NCBI GenBank assembly: GCA_040217195.1
Contig: JAVJNR010000004.1
Location: 352,001 to 416,000 of the forward strand
DNA length: 64,000 nucleotides
Direction: 5' to 3'
Origin: Leptospiraceae bacterium
GTDB lineage: Bacteria; Spirochaetota; Leptospiria; Leptospirales; Leptonemataceae
Positions 1-9,311 of this stretch are shown here, in pieces (within the stretch, counting starts at the first letter, position 1; the number at the start of each line of letters is the position of its first letter). The position numbers and the translations under genes were made by a program. A model generated the notes under the pieces. It was not told the origin of the DNA and did not search any database. It saw only the letters and a list, made by a program, of their open reading frames with translations.

Positions 1-1
1 T

Positions 2-91
2 AGATGGAATGCAGCATCGGCCATGATCAGTCATGGAGTGTACAATGCTGTTTTGATTGGCGGAACCTATGTATCTAAACTCCACGGATAA
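2..91 (+). CDS. 3' end of a probable CPBP (CAAX/Abi) intramembrane protease, truncated by the window start
   Basis: Frame 2 reads RWNAASAMISHGVYNAVLIGGTYVSKLHG*; HxxxN in a hydrophobic helix is the last CPBP motif. Confidence 0.5.
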   Translation, partial: RWNAASAMISHGVYNAVLIGGTYVSKLHG

Positions 92-818
92 AATCCCTGG
101 CAACTGGAACCTGAAAAAGGCTACCGGATATCTGCTACTTCCGATAGTGTGCCTGCTGGCCGCTTCGAATCTTTCTGCAGACACCTTTGGAGTCTATCAG
201 ACTCCGCTGGAAATACAGATAGCAGAAACTAAACTGCCGGCACTGCTGGATGAGTTTCAGAAGGATGGCTACACCGAAGAAGAAGAAACCCTGGGTTTCA
301 GCAAAGCCTGGTCGTCTGATTTCTTTTCCCCGTTCAATTACAGTATCTATACAGGCACTGTTTCAATGGAGAACAAGAGTGCATTGATTCGCCTGGAAGG
401 GGATTCCGGTGACGTAAAGAGCATTACACGAATCCTTGAAATAAAAGGCTTCATAGATGTGCCCAGACAGGAGTACCTTCCGGAGCCTATCACACTTACA
501 GAAAAGTCTCATTTCTATGCTCAGGGCCTGAATTTAATAGCCCCCTGGGCTGGAGTCATGTATACATCCTGGGATTCGCCCAGGTTAACTACAGGGCAAA
601 CGTACTTTCGGGGCATTATGTACTTTCTCGTAGATTCAATGCTGATCTGGGCTGCAGGAAGAAACTGGTTTCAGGAGCCATTTGACCTTTCTAAGAATGG
701 CGGCCAGGTAGCCGCTGTCATGATTCTTACTCGATCCATCGGTGCCTTTCAATCGGCAAACCTGGTTCGCGGACATAATCGATTCGCTCGCCTGGGCTAT
801 ACTTTCTATCTAGAGTAA
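57..818 (+). CDS. Hypothetical exported/membrane protein (start may be ATG at 69)
   Basis: 253-aa ORF with a signal-peptide-like segment and C-terminal hydrophobic stretches. Confidence 0.65.
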   Translation: MAEPMYLNSTDKIPGNWNLKKATGYLLLPIVCLLAASNLSADTFGVYQTPLEIQIAETKLPALLDEFQKDGYTEEEETLGFSKAWSSDFFSPFNYSIYTGTVSMENKSALIRLEGDSGDVKSITRILEIKGFIDVPRQEYLPEPITLTEKSHFYAQGLNLIAPWAGVMYTSWDSPRLTTGQTYFRGIMYFLVDSMLIWAAGRNWFQEPFDLSKNGGQVAAVMILTRSIGAFQSANLVRGHNRFARLGYTFYLE

Positions 819-1025
819 AGCCCGCGAAAGCTCCCGCCCACCGGGAATGGAGTTCATGATACAGGCAAGTGTGGCAGGGATTTTCAGACCATATGGGAAG
901 GATCAGAAACGTGACGATGCGATTTACTTCCGCTTGCATGGCCCGGCCATGGGCTCGACCTTTTTCTATTTATGGACCTGTAAATTTCGTGGCCCTTTCT
1001 TAGAGAGTATCACTGGAGCGAACAA

Positions 1026-1532
1026 TTGCAGAGGATTCAGGACAGCTACTGGTTCTACCTATCCATAAGCGCTTTATTGCATCTGTTTGTGGGCATTGCC
1101 TTTCTGGGGAATCCCTCTGGAAACTCGGTAACGGAGAGTCTGGTCCAATCCAACCGCGGCTTTTCCATGGCCTTTCAGGGCACAAGCGAAACGAAAGGTC
1201 CGGAACAAAATACAGATGGCAGCGGGCCATCCAGTGACTTAGCCCGGGCTGGCTCCAACAACCAGGGTATGCTTGCAAAGAGCATAGGTCAGCTTCAACA
1301 ATCCATCCCCTATCCACAGCTGGCCTACAGTCAGGAAATCCAGGGTACAGTGCTGGCCCATGTAAGTATCAAAGAAGGCAAGCTTGTGGAGCTCAGTCTT
1401 CAGCGAAGTTCAGGCTATGACATTCTGGACCAGCAGGTCATTCAAAGCATACGTAATTGGCAGTGGCCTCCTGTAACCGCCTCACGAAGCTTTTCTGTAA
1501 GCTTCCGAATTGGTCCCCCTGCAATCGAATAG
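1026..1532 (+). CDS. TonB-family energy transducer (short)
   Basis: N-terminal TM helix with SALLH, low-complexity linker, TonB C-terminal motifs YPQLA...IQGTV...SSGYDILD. Confidence 0.8.
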   Translation: MQRIQDSYWFYLSISALLHLFVGIAFLGNPSGNSVTESLVQSNRGFSMAFQGTSETKGPEQNTDGSGPSSDLARAGSNNQGMLAKSIGQLQQSIPYPQLAYSQEIQGTVLAHVSIKEGKLVELSLQRSSGYDILDQQVIQSIRNWQWPPVTASRSFSVSFRIGPPAIE

Positions 1533-1543
1533 AGAGCTTCCTC

Positions 1544-2257
1544 TTGATACCAGAATCGAAACAGCCTGAAATACTTTATGAAGATAATCATATCCTGGTT
1601 GCACTAAAGCCACCGGGATTACTTAGCCAGGCGGATATTACCGGTGATTCAGATATTCTTACAAATCTGAAAGAGTACATCCGCCAGAGCCGAAACAAAC
1701 CTGGAAATGTCTATATGGGCCTATTACACAGGCTGGATCGTTCCACCGGCGGGATCATGGTTTTTGCACTTACCTCCAAAGCGGCTGGAAGACTTTCCGA
1801 AGATTTTCGTAAGTCAAAAGTGATCAAGAAATACCTGGCCATGGCCCCATTTACCGTCAGAAAGTGCAGCGAATTGCTGGGTGGTTTCACAGGTGAACTC
1901 AAAGATATCTACAGAAAAGATGAGTCCAGACGGATGGCCGTTTCCTGTTCGGCGGACCATCCACAGGCCAAGCAGGCCCGGCTCAAGTACACAATACGCC
2001 AGGATCTCAGTACAGCCAGCCATACAGTGTTCGAGATCGAGTTACTTACCGGAAGATTCCATCAAATCCGCTATCAATTGAGCAGTCGTGGACTGCCCCT
2101 GGCGGGCGAGGCCAGATACTCCAATCAGGGCTTATCCGAGTTTCGCCTTGCGCTCTGGGCTTACTATCTGGAGTTCGATCATCCTGTGGGCACGGAGGTT
2201 CGCAGAATGAAATTTGAGCGGCTGCCTTCCGAGCAATGGTGGAAGGATCGAATGTAG
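1544..2257 (+). CDS. RluA-family RNA pseudouridine synthase
   Basis: ILYEDNH..KPPG, HRLDRSTGG, TGRFHQIR; start placed at TTG 1544 after the tonB stop (ORF track gives 1457). Confidence 0.9.
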   Translation: MIPESKQPEILYEDNHILVALKPPGLLSQADITGDSDILTNLKEYIRQSRNKPGNVYMGLLHRLDRSTGGIMVFALTSKAAGRLSEDFRKSKVIKKYLAMAPFTVRKCSELLGGFTGELKDIYRKDESRRMAVSCSADHPQAKQARLKYTIRQDLSTASHTVFEIELLTGRFHQIRYQLSSRGLPLAGEARYSNQGLSEFRLALWAYYLEFDHPVGTEVRRMKFERLPSEQWWKDRM

Positions 2258-2314
2258 AGCCAGAAGCATTGACATGCAGAAGAGAAGCAGAGAATTCTGC
2301 GGTGTATAAACAAT

Positions 2315-2346
2315 AAAAAAGCCCGCTCAGTGTATCGGGCGGGCTT
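2315..2346 (-). terminator. Rho-independent terminator for the acyl-CoA dehydrogenase gene
   Basis: Minus strand GCCCGCCC-N8-GAGCGGGC followed by TTTTTT. Confidence 0.7.
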
Positions 2347-2413
2347 CAGAAGGACCGACTAAAACAGTCGGCGCCTTTCTATTTTCTATTCTATAGGTCA
2401 GAAGATCTTTCGA

Positions 2414-3589
2414 TTATCTACGAGAAGCGGCTTCTTTAACCAGACCAGCTGCAATTTCATTTTTCTGAATCTGGCTGGTTCCTTCATAGATCTGCAGAAT
2501 CTTTGCATCGCGGAAGAATTTTTCTGCAGGATATTCTTTTACGTAACCATATCCACCGTGGATTTGAACTCCATCCGTGGCCACTTTCATGGCTGTGTCT
2601 GCAGCAAAGCATTTAGCCATGGCAGAGAACTTGGCAGTGTCCTTATGACCGATTTCTGCCAGTTGAGCCGATTTATAGGTCAGTAGACGAGACGCTTCAA
2701 TGCCCATTGCCATATCGGCCAGCATATGCTGAATCGCCTGGAAGGTAGCAATCTTTACGCCGAACTGCTCTCTTTCTCGAGCATACTGAATGGCAGCTTC
2801 GTAAGCGCCCTGAGCGCAACCTACAGCGCTGGCAGCAACAGCGGGTCGCGATAGGTTCAGAGTTTTCAGTGCATGCAGAAATCCATTGTTTTCCCGTCCG
2901 CCTACAATGTTTTCCGCAGGGACTTCGCAGTCTTCGAAGATCAACTGACGAGTTTCAGAGCATCGGATTCCCAGTTTGTCCTCTTTCTTTCCGAAAGAAA
3001 ATCCTGGAGTATCCTTTTCTACAATAAAGCAGCTGATTCCACGAGGGCCGCGGTTCTTATCCGTAAGTGCGAATACTGTATAAACATCTGCCTGACCCGC
3101 ACCGGAAATCCATTGCTTGGTTCCATTCAGAATAAATTTATCGCCTTTCTTAACAGCGGTGGTGCTCAGGGCAGGAACATCCGAACCCGCCCCTGGTTCT
3201 GTAAGACCGAATGCTGCGATCATCTCCCCGGCAGCAAGCTTGGTCAGATATTTCTCTTTTTGCTCTTGCGTGGCTCCAACTTCAATTGGGAGAGAGCCCA
3301 GTTTGGTTGCCAGAAATGCAGTACCAACACCGAGACAGCCACGGGCAATTTCTTCAGCCAGGATGATGTTTCCCATCATTCCCATACCCATTCCGCCGAA
3401 TTCTTCTTCGTACATGGCCTGGAACAGACCAGCTTCCTTGAATTTTTCCAGTACCTTATGTGGGTACTCATTCTTCTCATCCAGTTCCATACGAACGGGA
3501 ACTACTTCATTTTTAACAACATCGCGCACCAGGTCGCGTAGCATAGCCTGGTCTTCGGTCAGGCCAATGGAGATTTGAGGTTCAGACAT
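2414..3589 (-). CDS. Acyl-CoA dehydrogenase (short/medium-chain type)
   Basis: FGLTEPGAGSD, LNGTKQWIS, REQFG, QIHGGYGY, IYEGTSQIQ. Confidence 0.95.
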   Translation of the reverse strand: MSEPQISIGLTEDQAMLRDLVRDVVKNEVVPVRMELDEKNEYPHKVLEKFKEAGLFQAMYEEEFGGMGMGMMGNIILAEEIARGCLGVGTAFLATKLGSLPIEVGATQEQKEKYLTKLAAGEMIAAFGLTEPGAGSDVPALSTTAVKKGDKFILNGTKQWISGAGQADVYTVFALTDKNRGPRGISCFIVEKDTPGFSFGKKEDKLGIRCSETRQLIFEDCEVPAENIVGGRENNGFLHALKTLNLSRPAVAASAVGCAQGAYEAAIQYAREREQFGVKIATFQAIQHMLADMAMGIEASRLLTYKSAQLAEIGHKDTAKFSAMAKCFAADTAMKVATDGVQIHGGYGYVKEYPAEKFFRDAKILQIYEGTSQIQKNEIAAGLVKEAASRR

Positions 3590-3704
3590 GGATCACACCT
3601 TCGTTCAGAGTTACCGACCAAAAATAGACGAGGCAGGTTGGGGACAAGAAAAAACGGTGACAGAGTAGCTGAGGCCAATTCAGGCCCGGAAAACCGGGTC
3701 TCCC

Positions 3705-5018
3705 CTATTCTTCCGGGGTCGGCTCCAGACGCCGAACACGGAATTGCACCATCTTCTGGCGGACTCTTTTAACCAGCTCAAATGAGAGGTTACCGGAAAC
3801 GATTTTTTCTCCTACTTCCGGGAATCGTCCAATCTGTTCGATGACGAAACCAGCCACACTGGTATAGGAATCTGCCTCAGGAACGCCTTCCTGCATGAAT
3901 TCATTGAAATCAGAGATTCCACAGGAGCCGCTTACCAGAAAGCTTCCATCTGGAAGAGGCATGAATTCATCTTCATCGGGAATCTCAGTAACATCCTGGA
4001 TTTCGCCAACAATCTCTTCCAGAATATCTTCCATGGTAAGAAGTCCGGCGGTACCTCCGTATTCATCTACCACAATGGCCATATGAGTCTTCCGCTTTTG
4101 CATTTCCTGCAGAATCTTTCCGATCTTCATGCTTTCTGGCACAAAGTATGCGGGCCTGGCCAGTCTGGACAATTGGTACACTTCCTGGCGGGCAAGACAG
4201 CGCATCAAATCCTTCATATGCAGAATACCGATGATATTGTCCAATCCCTCACCGAATACTGGCAGTCGGCTGTACAGTGAATCCACAGCTTTGCGAACTT
4301 CATCCTCTCCGGCATCCACACTGATCGCTTTGATATCTACCCTGGGAACCATCACCTCACGAGCGGCGGTGTCGTTGATCTCCAGGACATTCTCGATAAT
4401 TTCATGCTCTGAATGGGCGATGGTGCCGTGACGAACTCCTTCCTCCAGGAGATGCTTGATCTCTTCTGCCAGAAGTCTGGTCTCACTGAAGCTTGTACGA
4501 TCCTTGAAGGGACGTAGTAGAAGGTTACTGGAAAAGGTCAGAAAGCGAGTAAACCAGTAAACAAACCGGTTGAATACCTGCAAGGGATAGGCCACCATCA
4601 TGGCAACTCGTTCGGAGTAGTTCAATGCCAGGGACTTGGGAACCAGTTCACCCACTACCAGGCTCAAGTAGGTAATGCAGAATACAACTATGACAAAGGA
4701 TATTTGCTCTGAGAAATTCTGAATCAACGGATACGGGATCTGGCTGATGAGCGGCTCCAGTTTTTCTTTGAAGCTGGAACCACCGAATACACCGACAATG
4801 GCTCCTACAAGAGTGACACCTACTTGAACTGTGGCAAATAATCGGTCTGGATCGCCCTGCAGTCTGGAAATGATTTTGGCCCTTGCATTGCCTTCTTCCA
4901 TAAGCGCCTTGACCCTTCCTTTTCGGATGGATATGAGCGCTATCTCTGCGGCGGCAAAGAAACCGTTAATTAAGATCAAAATCAGAATTATGAGAAAGTC
5001 GAGGGTGGTATTGCCCAT
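3705..5018 (-). CDS. HlyC/CorC-family (CNNM-CBS-CorC) membrane protein
   Basis: NGFFAAAEIAL, GELVPKSLA, VMVPR, VVDEYGGTAGLLTMEDILEEIVGEI. Confidence 0.93.
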   Translation of the reverse strand: MGNTTLDFLIILILILINGFFAAAEIALISIRKGRVKALMEEGNARAKIISRLQGDPDRLFATVQVGVTLVGAIVGVFGGSSFKEKLEPLISQIPYPLIQNFSEQISFVIVVFCITYLSLVVGELVPKSLALNYSERVAMMVAYPLQVFNRFVYWFTRFLTFSSNLLLRPFKDRTSFSETRLLAEEIKHLLEEGVRHGTIAHSEHEIIENVLEINDTAAREVMVPRVDIKAISVDAGEDEVRKAVDSLYSRLPVFGEGLDNIIGILHMKDLMRCLARQEVYQLSRLARPAYFVPESMKIGKILQEMQKRKTHMAIVVDEYGGTAGLLTMEDILEEIVGEIQDVTEIPDEDEFMPLPDGSFLVSGSCGISDFNEFMQEGVPEADSYTSVAGFVIEQIGRFPEVGEKIVSGNLSFELVKRVRQKMVQFRVRRLEPTPEE

Positions 5019-5388
5019 GGGCTGGTATTACAGAACCTCCTGGCCGGCTAACCGAACCGAGAAATGGACTGACCACTTCTGTGTAGAAGCAATCAGGCGC
5101 ACTATGGCGCACATTAAATAATTGATACTGATGGATTTGGCGCGGCGAAAGCACGCCGATAGAGGGTCTCCGGATTCCGAAGATTCGCTATTAGCTATTT
5201 CGCTGTGTGAATGGTTGTTCATTCCCGAAAAATGTCCCGCTGAATGAAAATATGCGAGACGTGTGGTGCCCGGGTGAAAAATGCAACTTGAAGGCTCCCC
5301 GGACTTCGTGTTAAATAAAAAGCGTAGCTGGCTCACGCTGTATATCTTTTTTTTCCAGGGATAGTCCGAATTTTTCCTGAAGCAAAGC

Positions 5389-6147
5389 ATGATCCATATT
5401 AAGAATAGCAAAGAAATTCAAAAGATGCGCGATGCAGGTCGCCTGGCTGCAGAAGTTCTGCATGAGACAGGCCTCCGCGTGAAACCCGGAGTGTCTACAC
5501 TTGAACTGAATGACTTCGCCGAGAGTTATACAAGAAAGCATGGTGCCATTAGCGCCCCTCTAAATTACAAGGGATTTCCCAAAAGTATATGCACATCTAT
5601 TAATAATGTTGTGTGTCATGGAATTCCAAGCGCGCAGGACATCCTAAAAGATGGCGACATAATGAACATAGATGTGACTGTGATCTATCATGAGTATCAT
5701 GGGGATACATCCAGAATGTTCACAGTGGGAGACGTTACTCCAGAAGCCCGTAAGCTGATTGAGGACACGGAAGAGGCAATGTGGGTGGGGATTCGCACTG
5801 TTAAGCCCAACAACCGAATCAGTGATATTGGAGAAGCCATTGATCAGTATCTGAGCCCCCGGGGCTATGGTATTGTTCGGGATCTAACAGGCCACGGAAT
5901 TGGCCGAAATTTTCATGAGGATCCGCCGGTGCCCCATTATCGCCAGAATCAGATACGGCAGCGGATGCAGCCTGGAATGACCTTCACAGTGGAGCCCATG
6001 GTCAACCAGGGCACCTGGAAAGTGAATTTCAGCAAAGAAGATGGCTGGACCGTGACTACCGTTGATGGCGCACTTTCTGCTCAATTTGAGCATTCAGTGC
6101 TGGTTACAGACGACGGATACGAAATCTTAACCCGGATGGAGAACTGA
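5389..6147 (+). CDS. map: Type I methionine aminopeptidase
   Basis: SINNVVCHGIP, DVTV..HGDTSR, GHGIG..FHEDP, EPM, SAQFEH. Confidence 0.96.
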   Translation: MIHIKNSKEIQKMRDAGRLAAEVLHETGLRVKPGVSTLELNDFAESYTRKHGAISAPLNYKGFPKSICTSINNVVCHGIPSAQDILKDGDIMNIDVTVIYHEYHGDTSRMFTVGDVTPEARKLIEDTEEAMWVGIRTVKPNNRISDIGEAIDQYLSPRGYGIVRDLTGHGIGRNFHEDPPVPHYRQNQIRQRMQPGMTFTVEPMVNQGTWKVNFSKEDGWTVTTVDGALSAQFEHSVLVTDDGYEILTRMEN

Positions 6148-6149
6148 AG

Positions 6150-6701
6150 TTGCATTTGCACCGGCGGGCATCCTCCGCAATCTGTCTGATCCTGATTCTG
6201 CTGACTGCCGGCAGTAGCTGTCGTACCGGATCACTCTTCAGCTACGAAGAAAGCATGCGCTCCGTGGCGCTCACCGATTACGGCATTGTTTTTCGCATTC
6301 CGGGGGACTGGGACGTAAGTCTTAGCCGGGACCGATATTTCCAATTTGTGGCCGTCTACAGGGAAGACTCCTCCCCTCTGGGGCTCATGGAATACCGGGG
6401 TCTGGATACTGAGCCCAGAGACCAGCGGTCCAGAGATCTGTATGCAAGTGGATGGTACGATGCCATGCGCTTGAACTATCCCGGCTGGAAATATGTAGAT
6501 AGAAACAAGGATACTGAGTCCCGGTCCTTTACATTTGAAGGAAGCTACCTGGAAGGTACCACCCGCTATATCAAAATTGGAAAGCTTCGGTTCCGGGACC
6601 GCAGAATCCATGCAGTTTACTACACAGCTCCGGAAGATGAGATCGATCGATACAGAGAAATCTTTGAAGCGGTTGATCGGCTAATTGAGTACAACGATTA
6701 G
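6150..6701 (+). CDS. Hypothetical lipoprotein
   Basis: Hydrophobic signal ending in GSSC; starts 2 bp after the map stop. Confidence 0.65.
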   Translation: MHLHRRASSAICLILILLTAGSSCRTGSLFSYEESMRSVALTDYGIVFRIPGDWDVSLSRDRYFQFVAVYREDSSPLGLMEYRGLDTEPRDQRSRDLYASGWYDAMRLNYPGWKYVDRNKDTESRSFTFEGSYLEGTTRYIKIGKLRFRDRRIHAVYYTAPEDEIDRYREIFEAVDRLIEYND

Positions 6702-6844
6702 ATTTCAGGCTGGCCAGGAGCTTTCAGCAATGTGCGCCCGGAATTCAAGCAGAGCAAGCTCCTTGCCTGCAATTAATTCAGAGCCTGCGCAACTGGTTCA
6801 AGACCGAAATTCCGTATACCCGGGCCCCCTTCTGCTTTAAATGA

Positions 6845-6872
6845 TTGCCAGCAGACCGGATTTCTGGAATTT
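6845..6872 (+). promoter_or_regulatory. Putative sigma70 promoter, leaderless
   Basis: TTGCCA-N16-GAATTT-N6-GTG(6879); the -10 box is weak. Confidence 0.35.
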
Positions 6873-6878
6873 GAAGTT

Positions 6879-7313
6879 GTGGCATCCGCTCCAGGGATGC
6901 TCAATAGAACGATGCTGGCGATTATAAACTATATAGTTATTGGAACCGGCTTACTGCTGGCCTGCTGGGGATTGTTCCATCAGCTTATCGTAGGCGGCGC
7001 CGTGGCAATGCTGGGCAATCCAGATGAAAAGGAAGCCCGGATTGTAATCATGGCCTGGGTTGCCCAGGGTGCATTCATGACTTTCTGTGGTTTGCTGCCA
7101 TTCATCTTCTTTGTCCTGTACGGGCTCGAGCATCCGGCGTATCTCACTGCTACTCTGCTTGCTGGACTTGCCATGTCTATCCTTGCAGCTCATGTTGCCA
7201 TCGTAGGATTTGCCACTCTGGTGCGGCCGGTGCAGATCGGGGCTGCCCTGGAGGCACTGTTTGGTATCCTGGTAATAGCAAAGAGCCTTCTGGCCGCCTT
7301 CCTACCAGGTTAA
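6879..7313 (+). CDS. Hypothetical 4-TM membrane protein
   Basis: 144-aa ORF with four hydrophobic helices. Confidence 0.7.
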   Translation: MASAPGMLNRTMLAIINYIVIGTGLLLACWGLFHQLIVGGAVAMLGNPDEKEARIVIMAWVAQGAFMTFCGLLPFIFFVLYGLEHPAYLTATLLAGLAMSILAAHVAIVGFATLVRPVQIGAALEALFGILVIAKSLLAAFLPG

Positions 7314-7379
7314 AAAATCCTGTCCGCCCCTCCGGACTCCTCCATAATTGAACTAAATCATAAGCATACATTCGGAGGA

Positions 7380-7652
7380 TTGAAAATGGAAAAGGGACCA
7401 AAGATTGTTGCAATCGTATTCATTGTACTGGGAGTGCTGGGCTTCGGGCTCTCCACCGGTTTTTTCTCAAACTTCTCAGAAACAGCTCTGGTCGGTGGTG
7501 CATTCGGAATCATTTCCGGAATTGCTGGAGCATTTGGAGCCTTCGTGGGAAATCCTTCCACCGGGAAATCCATCCTGTTTGCACTTCTATTTTCCATTCT
7601 GGCAAACGTAATCCTGATTACTTTCTTTCAAGTGATCTGGCCCATGCTATAG
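7380..7652 (+). CDS. Small hypothetical membrane protein
   Basis: GGAGG SD upstream; three Gly-rich hydrophobic segments. Confidence 0.65.
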   Translation: MKMEKGPKIVAIVFIVLGVLGFGLSTGFFSNFSETALVGGAFGIISGIAGAFGAFVGNPSTGKSILFALLFSILANVILITFFQVIWPML

Positions 7653-7671
7653 ATCGAAGGAAACAATCCGA

Positions 7672-8466
7672 ATGCCACTCCACAGAATTTCCAGGTATGT
7701 ATCTTTTGTTCTACTGCTGGCTTTTCTGTGGTTACCCGGAATCCATCTGGATGCATTCGCAGGGGCTGGTCCTGAGACTCACTTTTCAATCACACGTCAG
7801 GCATTGAAGGATTTCGCAGCCGACAGGAACATTTCCATCAGTCCTTTTTGCGGCGATATGATTCGGCAATTTTCGGTTATCAGCGATTCCGGTGGATACG
7901 CCAATGATTTCACGCTTCACTGTGATAATGACAGGCTTGCAGATTGTGCGTACAGACTGGATGAGTTAAAGTTTCAGGCCGTTCATGCTGTGGAAACCAC
8001 ATCCAGTATGCGAAACATGGGCATGGCCCTGCACCTGATCCAGGACTTCTACGCTCATTCCAACTGGGTGGAGAATGCACAGTTTACAATGCTTCTGGCT
8101 CCTCTGGAAGCATTCAGCTGGCTACCTGCACCGGCCAACCTGCAGACAGGCCTGTATCCTGAGTATGTTAGCCCTCCAGCACTTCAACTAGATTGTTTTC
8201 TATTTCCAGTGGAGGACTGGGGACAGAGAATTCACGGTGCCACACATGGATGCCTGAATAAAGATAGCGAAAGACAGTTTCGCGGAATTACGGTGGTACC
8301 GGGAAGCCCGGGGATAACCTACCATCGCCTGGCCGCCGAGTATGCAAAATTGCACAGCGTGGAATTCCTGAATGAAATGGCTCGATCCAATCCCTGGTTT
8401 AGAATGTGCTTTCGCCCGCCCTCTGTGGGCGGCGTGGATTGCTCCGGCGGAATTTTGAATCTTTGA
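7672..8466 (+). CDS. Secreted Het-C/VWA7-like Zn-dependent phospholipase C/P1-fold protein
   Basis: Signal peptide, TH..IT..AL, HCDN, LHLIQDFYAHSNWVE, LNKD. Confidence 0.7.
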   Translation: MPLHRISRYVSFVLLLAFLWLPGIHLDAFAGAGPETHFSITRQALKDFAADRNISISPFCGDMIRQFSVISDSGGYANDFTLHCDNDRLADCAYRLDELKFQAVHAVETTSSMRNMGMALHLIQDFYAHSNWVENAQFTMLLAPLEAFSWLPAPANLQTGLYPEYVSPPALQLDCFLFPVEDWGQRIHGATHGCLNKDSERQFRGITVVPGSPGITYHRLAAEYAKLHSVEFLNEMARSNPWFRMCFRPPSVGGVDCSGGILNL

Positions 8467-8623
8467 ACTATCTTGTCCGATAGAATTTCGAACTCTGCTA
8501 GAACGCAGATCCGAAAAACAATGCCAGCAGGACCTTCCAGGGCTGGAGTTCCATGGCCTTTCTGTGATTCATCGAAGGCCCTATTATTCCAGATTCAAAG
8601 ACAATGGCCACAAACTTACTGGA

Positions 8624-9208
8624 CTACTGTTCTTTAGAGGATTCTGAGTCTATATCAGCCAGCATGGAGCGATAGAACTCAGCTTTTTCTTCTGGCATCC
8701 GTTCAATCAATACACGCATACTGAAGTTTCCATGAATGAATCCATTTTTTCGATACATCCAGTCCACAATCTGACTTTCATCCAATGAGATAATCTGTCC
8801 AAAGGTTACAGATTTCACCGTCTGAGGCTCATTGGCAATAGTGCACTCAATTCTAGATTCCTGCCTCTTGATTCGTGCGCACCAGAAATCTTCCACCCCA
8901 TGCGAATCCTTAATCCGCACTTTGATCATAAAGGACTCTTCATTTGATTCCGGATTATCCAGCTTTTTCCAGAAATAGTTCAATGTGCTTCGAGCTTTAA
9001 TCCTTGCTTGAAGAAGCTCCGGATCTTCCGGGGTGCTTTTGTCTTTGTCCAACTCTGCATTCGTATCCTTATCCGTCTGCATCCCGGGCTCAGCGCTGAG
9101 TATACAGAAAGGGAATGTCAGGACGCGGAGAATCAGGACAGAAGCAAAAATCTTCCGAAGATGGAGGCCCGCTGTGCCGGCCGGCCGATTCCTTCCGTAC
9201 ATGATCAT
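8624..9208 (-). CDS. DUF2314 (YegJ-like) exported protein
   Basis: KARSTL..F, F.IKV, E.FW, IANEP, DWMY..G..HGNFS.R. Confidence 0.8.
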   Translation of the reverse strand: MIMYGRNRPAGTAGLHLRKIFASVLILRVLTFPFCILSAEPGMQTDKDTNAELDKDKSTPEDPELLQARIKARSTLNYFWKKLDNPESNEESFMIKVRIKDSHGVEDFWCARIKRQESRIECTIANEPQTVKSVTFGQIISLDESQIVDWMYRKNGFIHGNFSMRVLIERMPEEKAEFYRSMLADIDSESSKEQ

Positions 9209-9277
9209 GATTCAGCCGGGCCACCGGGAATTAGCAATGCTTTTTCGCAACCAGAATCCAGGTCGCAGAGTACGTAC

Positions 9278-9305
9278 TTGACACAATCCTAAATAGATCT
9301 AAACA
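9278..9305 (+). promoter_or_regulatory. Putative sigma70 promoter, leaderless
   Basis: TTGACA-N16-TAAACA-N6-ATG(9312); no SD. Confidence 0.5.
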
Positions 9306-9311
9306 AATAAA

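Noticed and set aside
819..1025. Possible cobalamin riboswitch upstream of tonB (GGGAA and GGGAAGG words), or the 73-aa ORF 847..1068
   Set aside because: It lacks the GGTGnAAnTCC and GCCCCCGCnACTGT core and the B12 box; the ORF has no recognisable features
2873..3578. Long antisense ORFs (222 and 153 aa) over the acyl-CoA dehydrogenase gene
   Set aside because: Shadow ORFs of a conserved gene with no motifs; the same applies to most short overlapping ORFs in the track
3705..5018. 'Hemolysin' as a virulence factor
   Set aside because: CNNM-CBS-CorC proteins are widespread metal-homeostasis proteins; no toxin features seen
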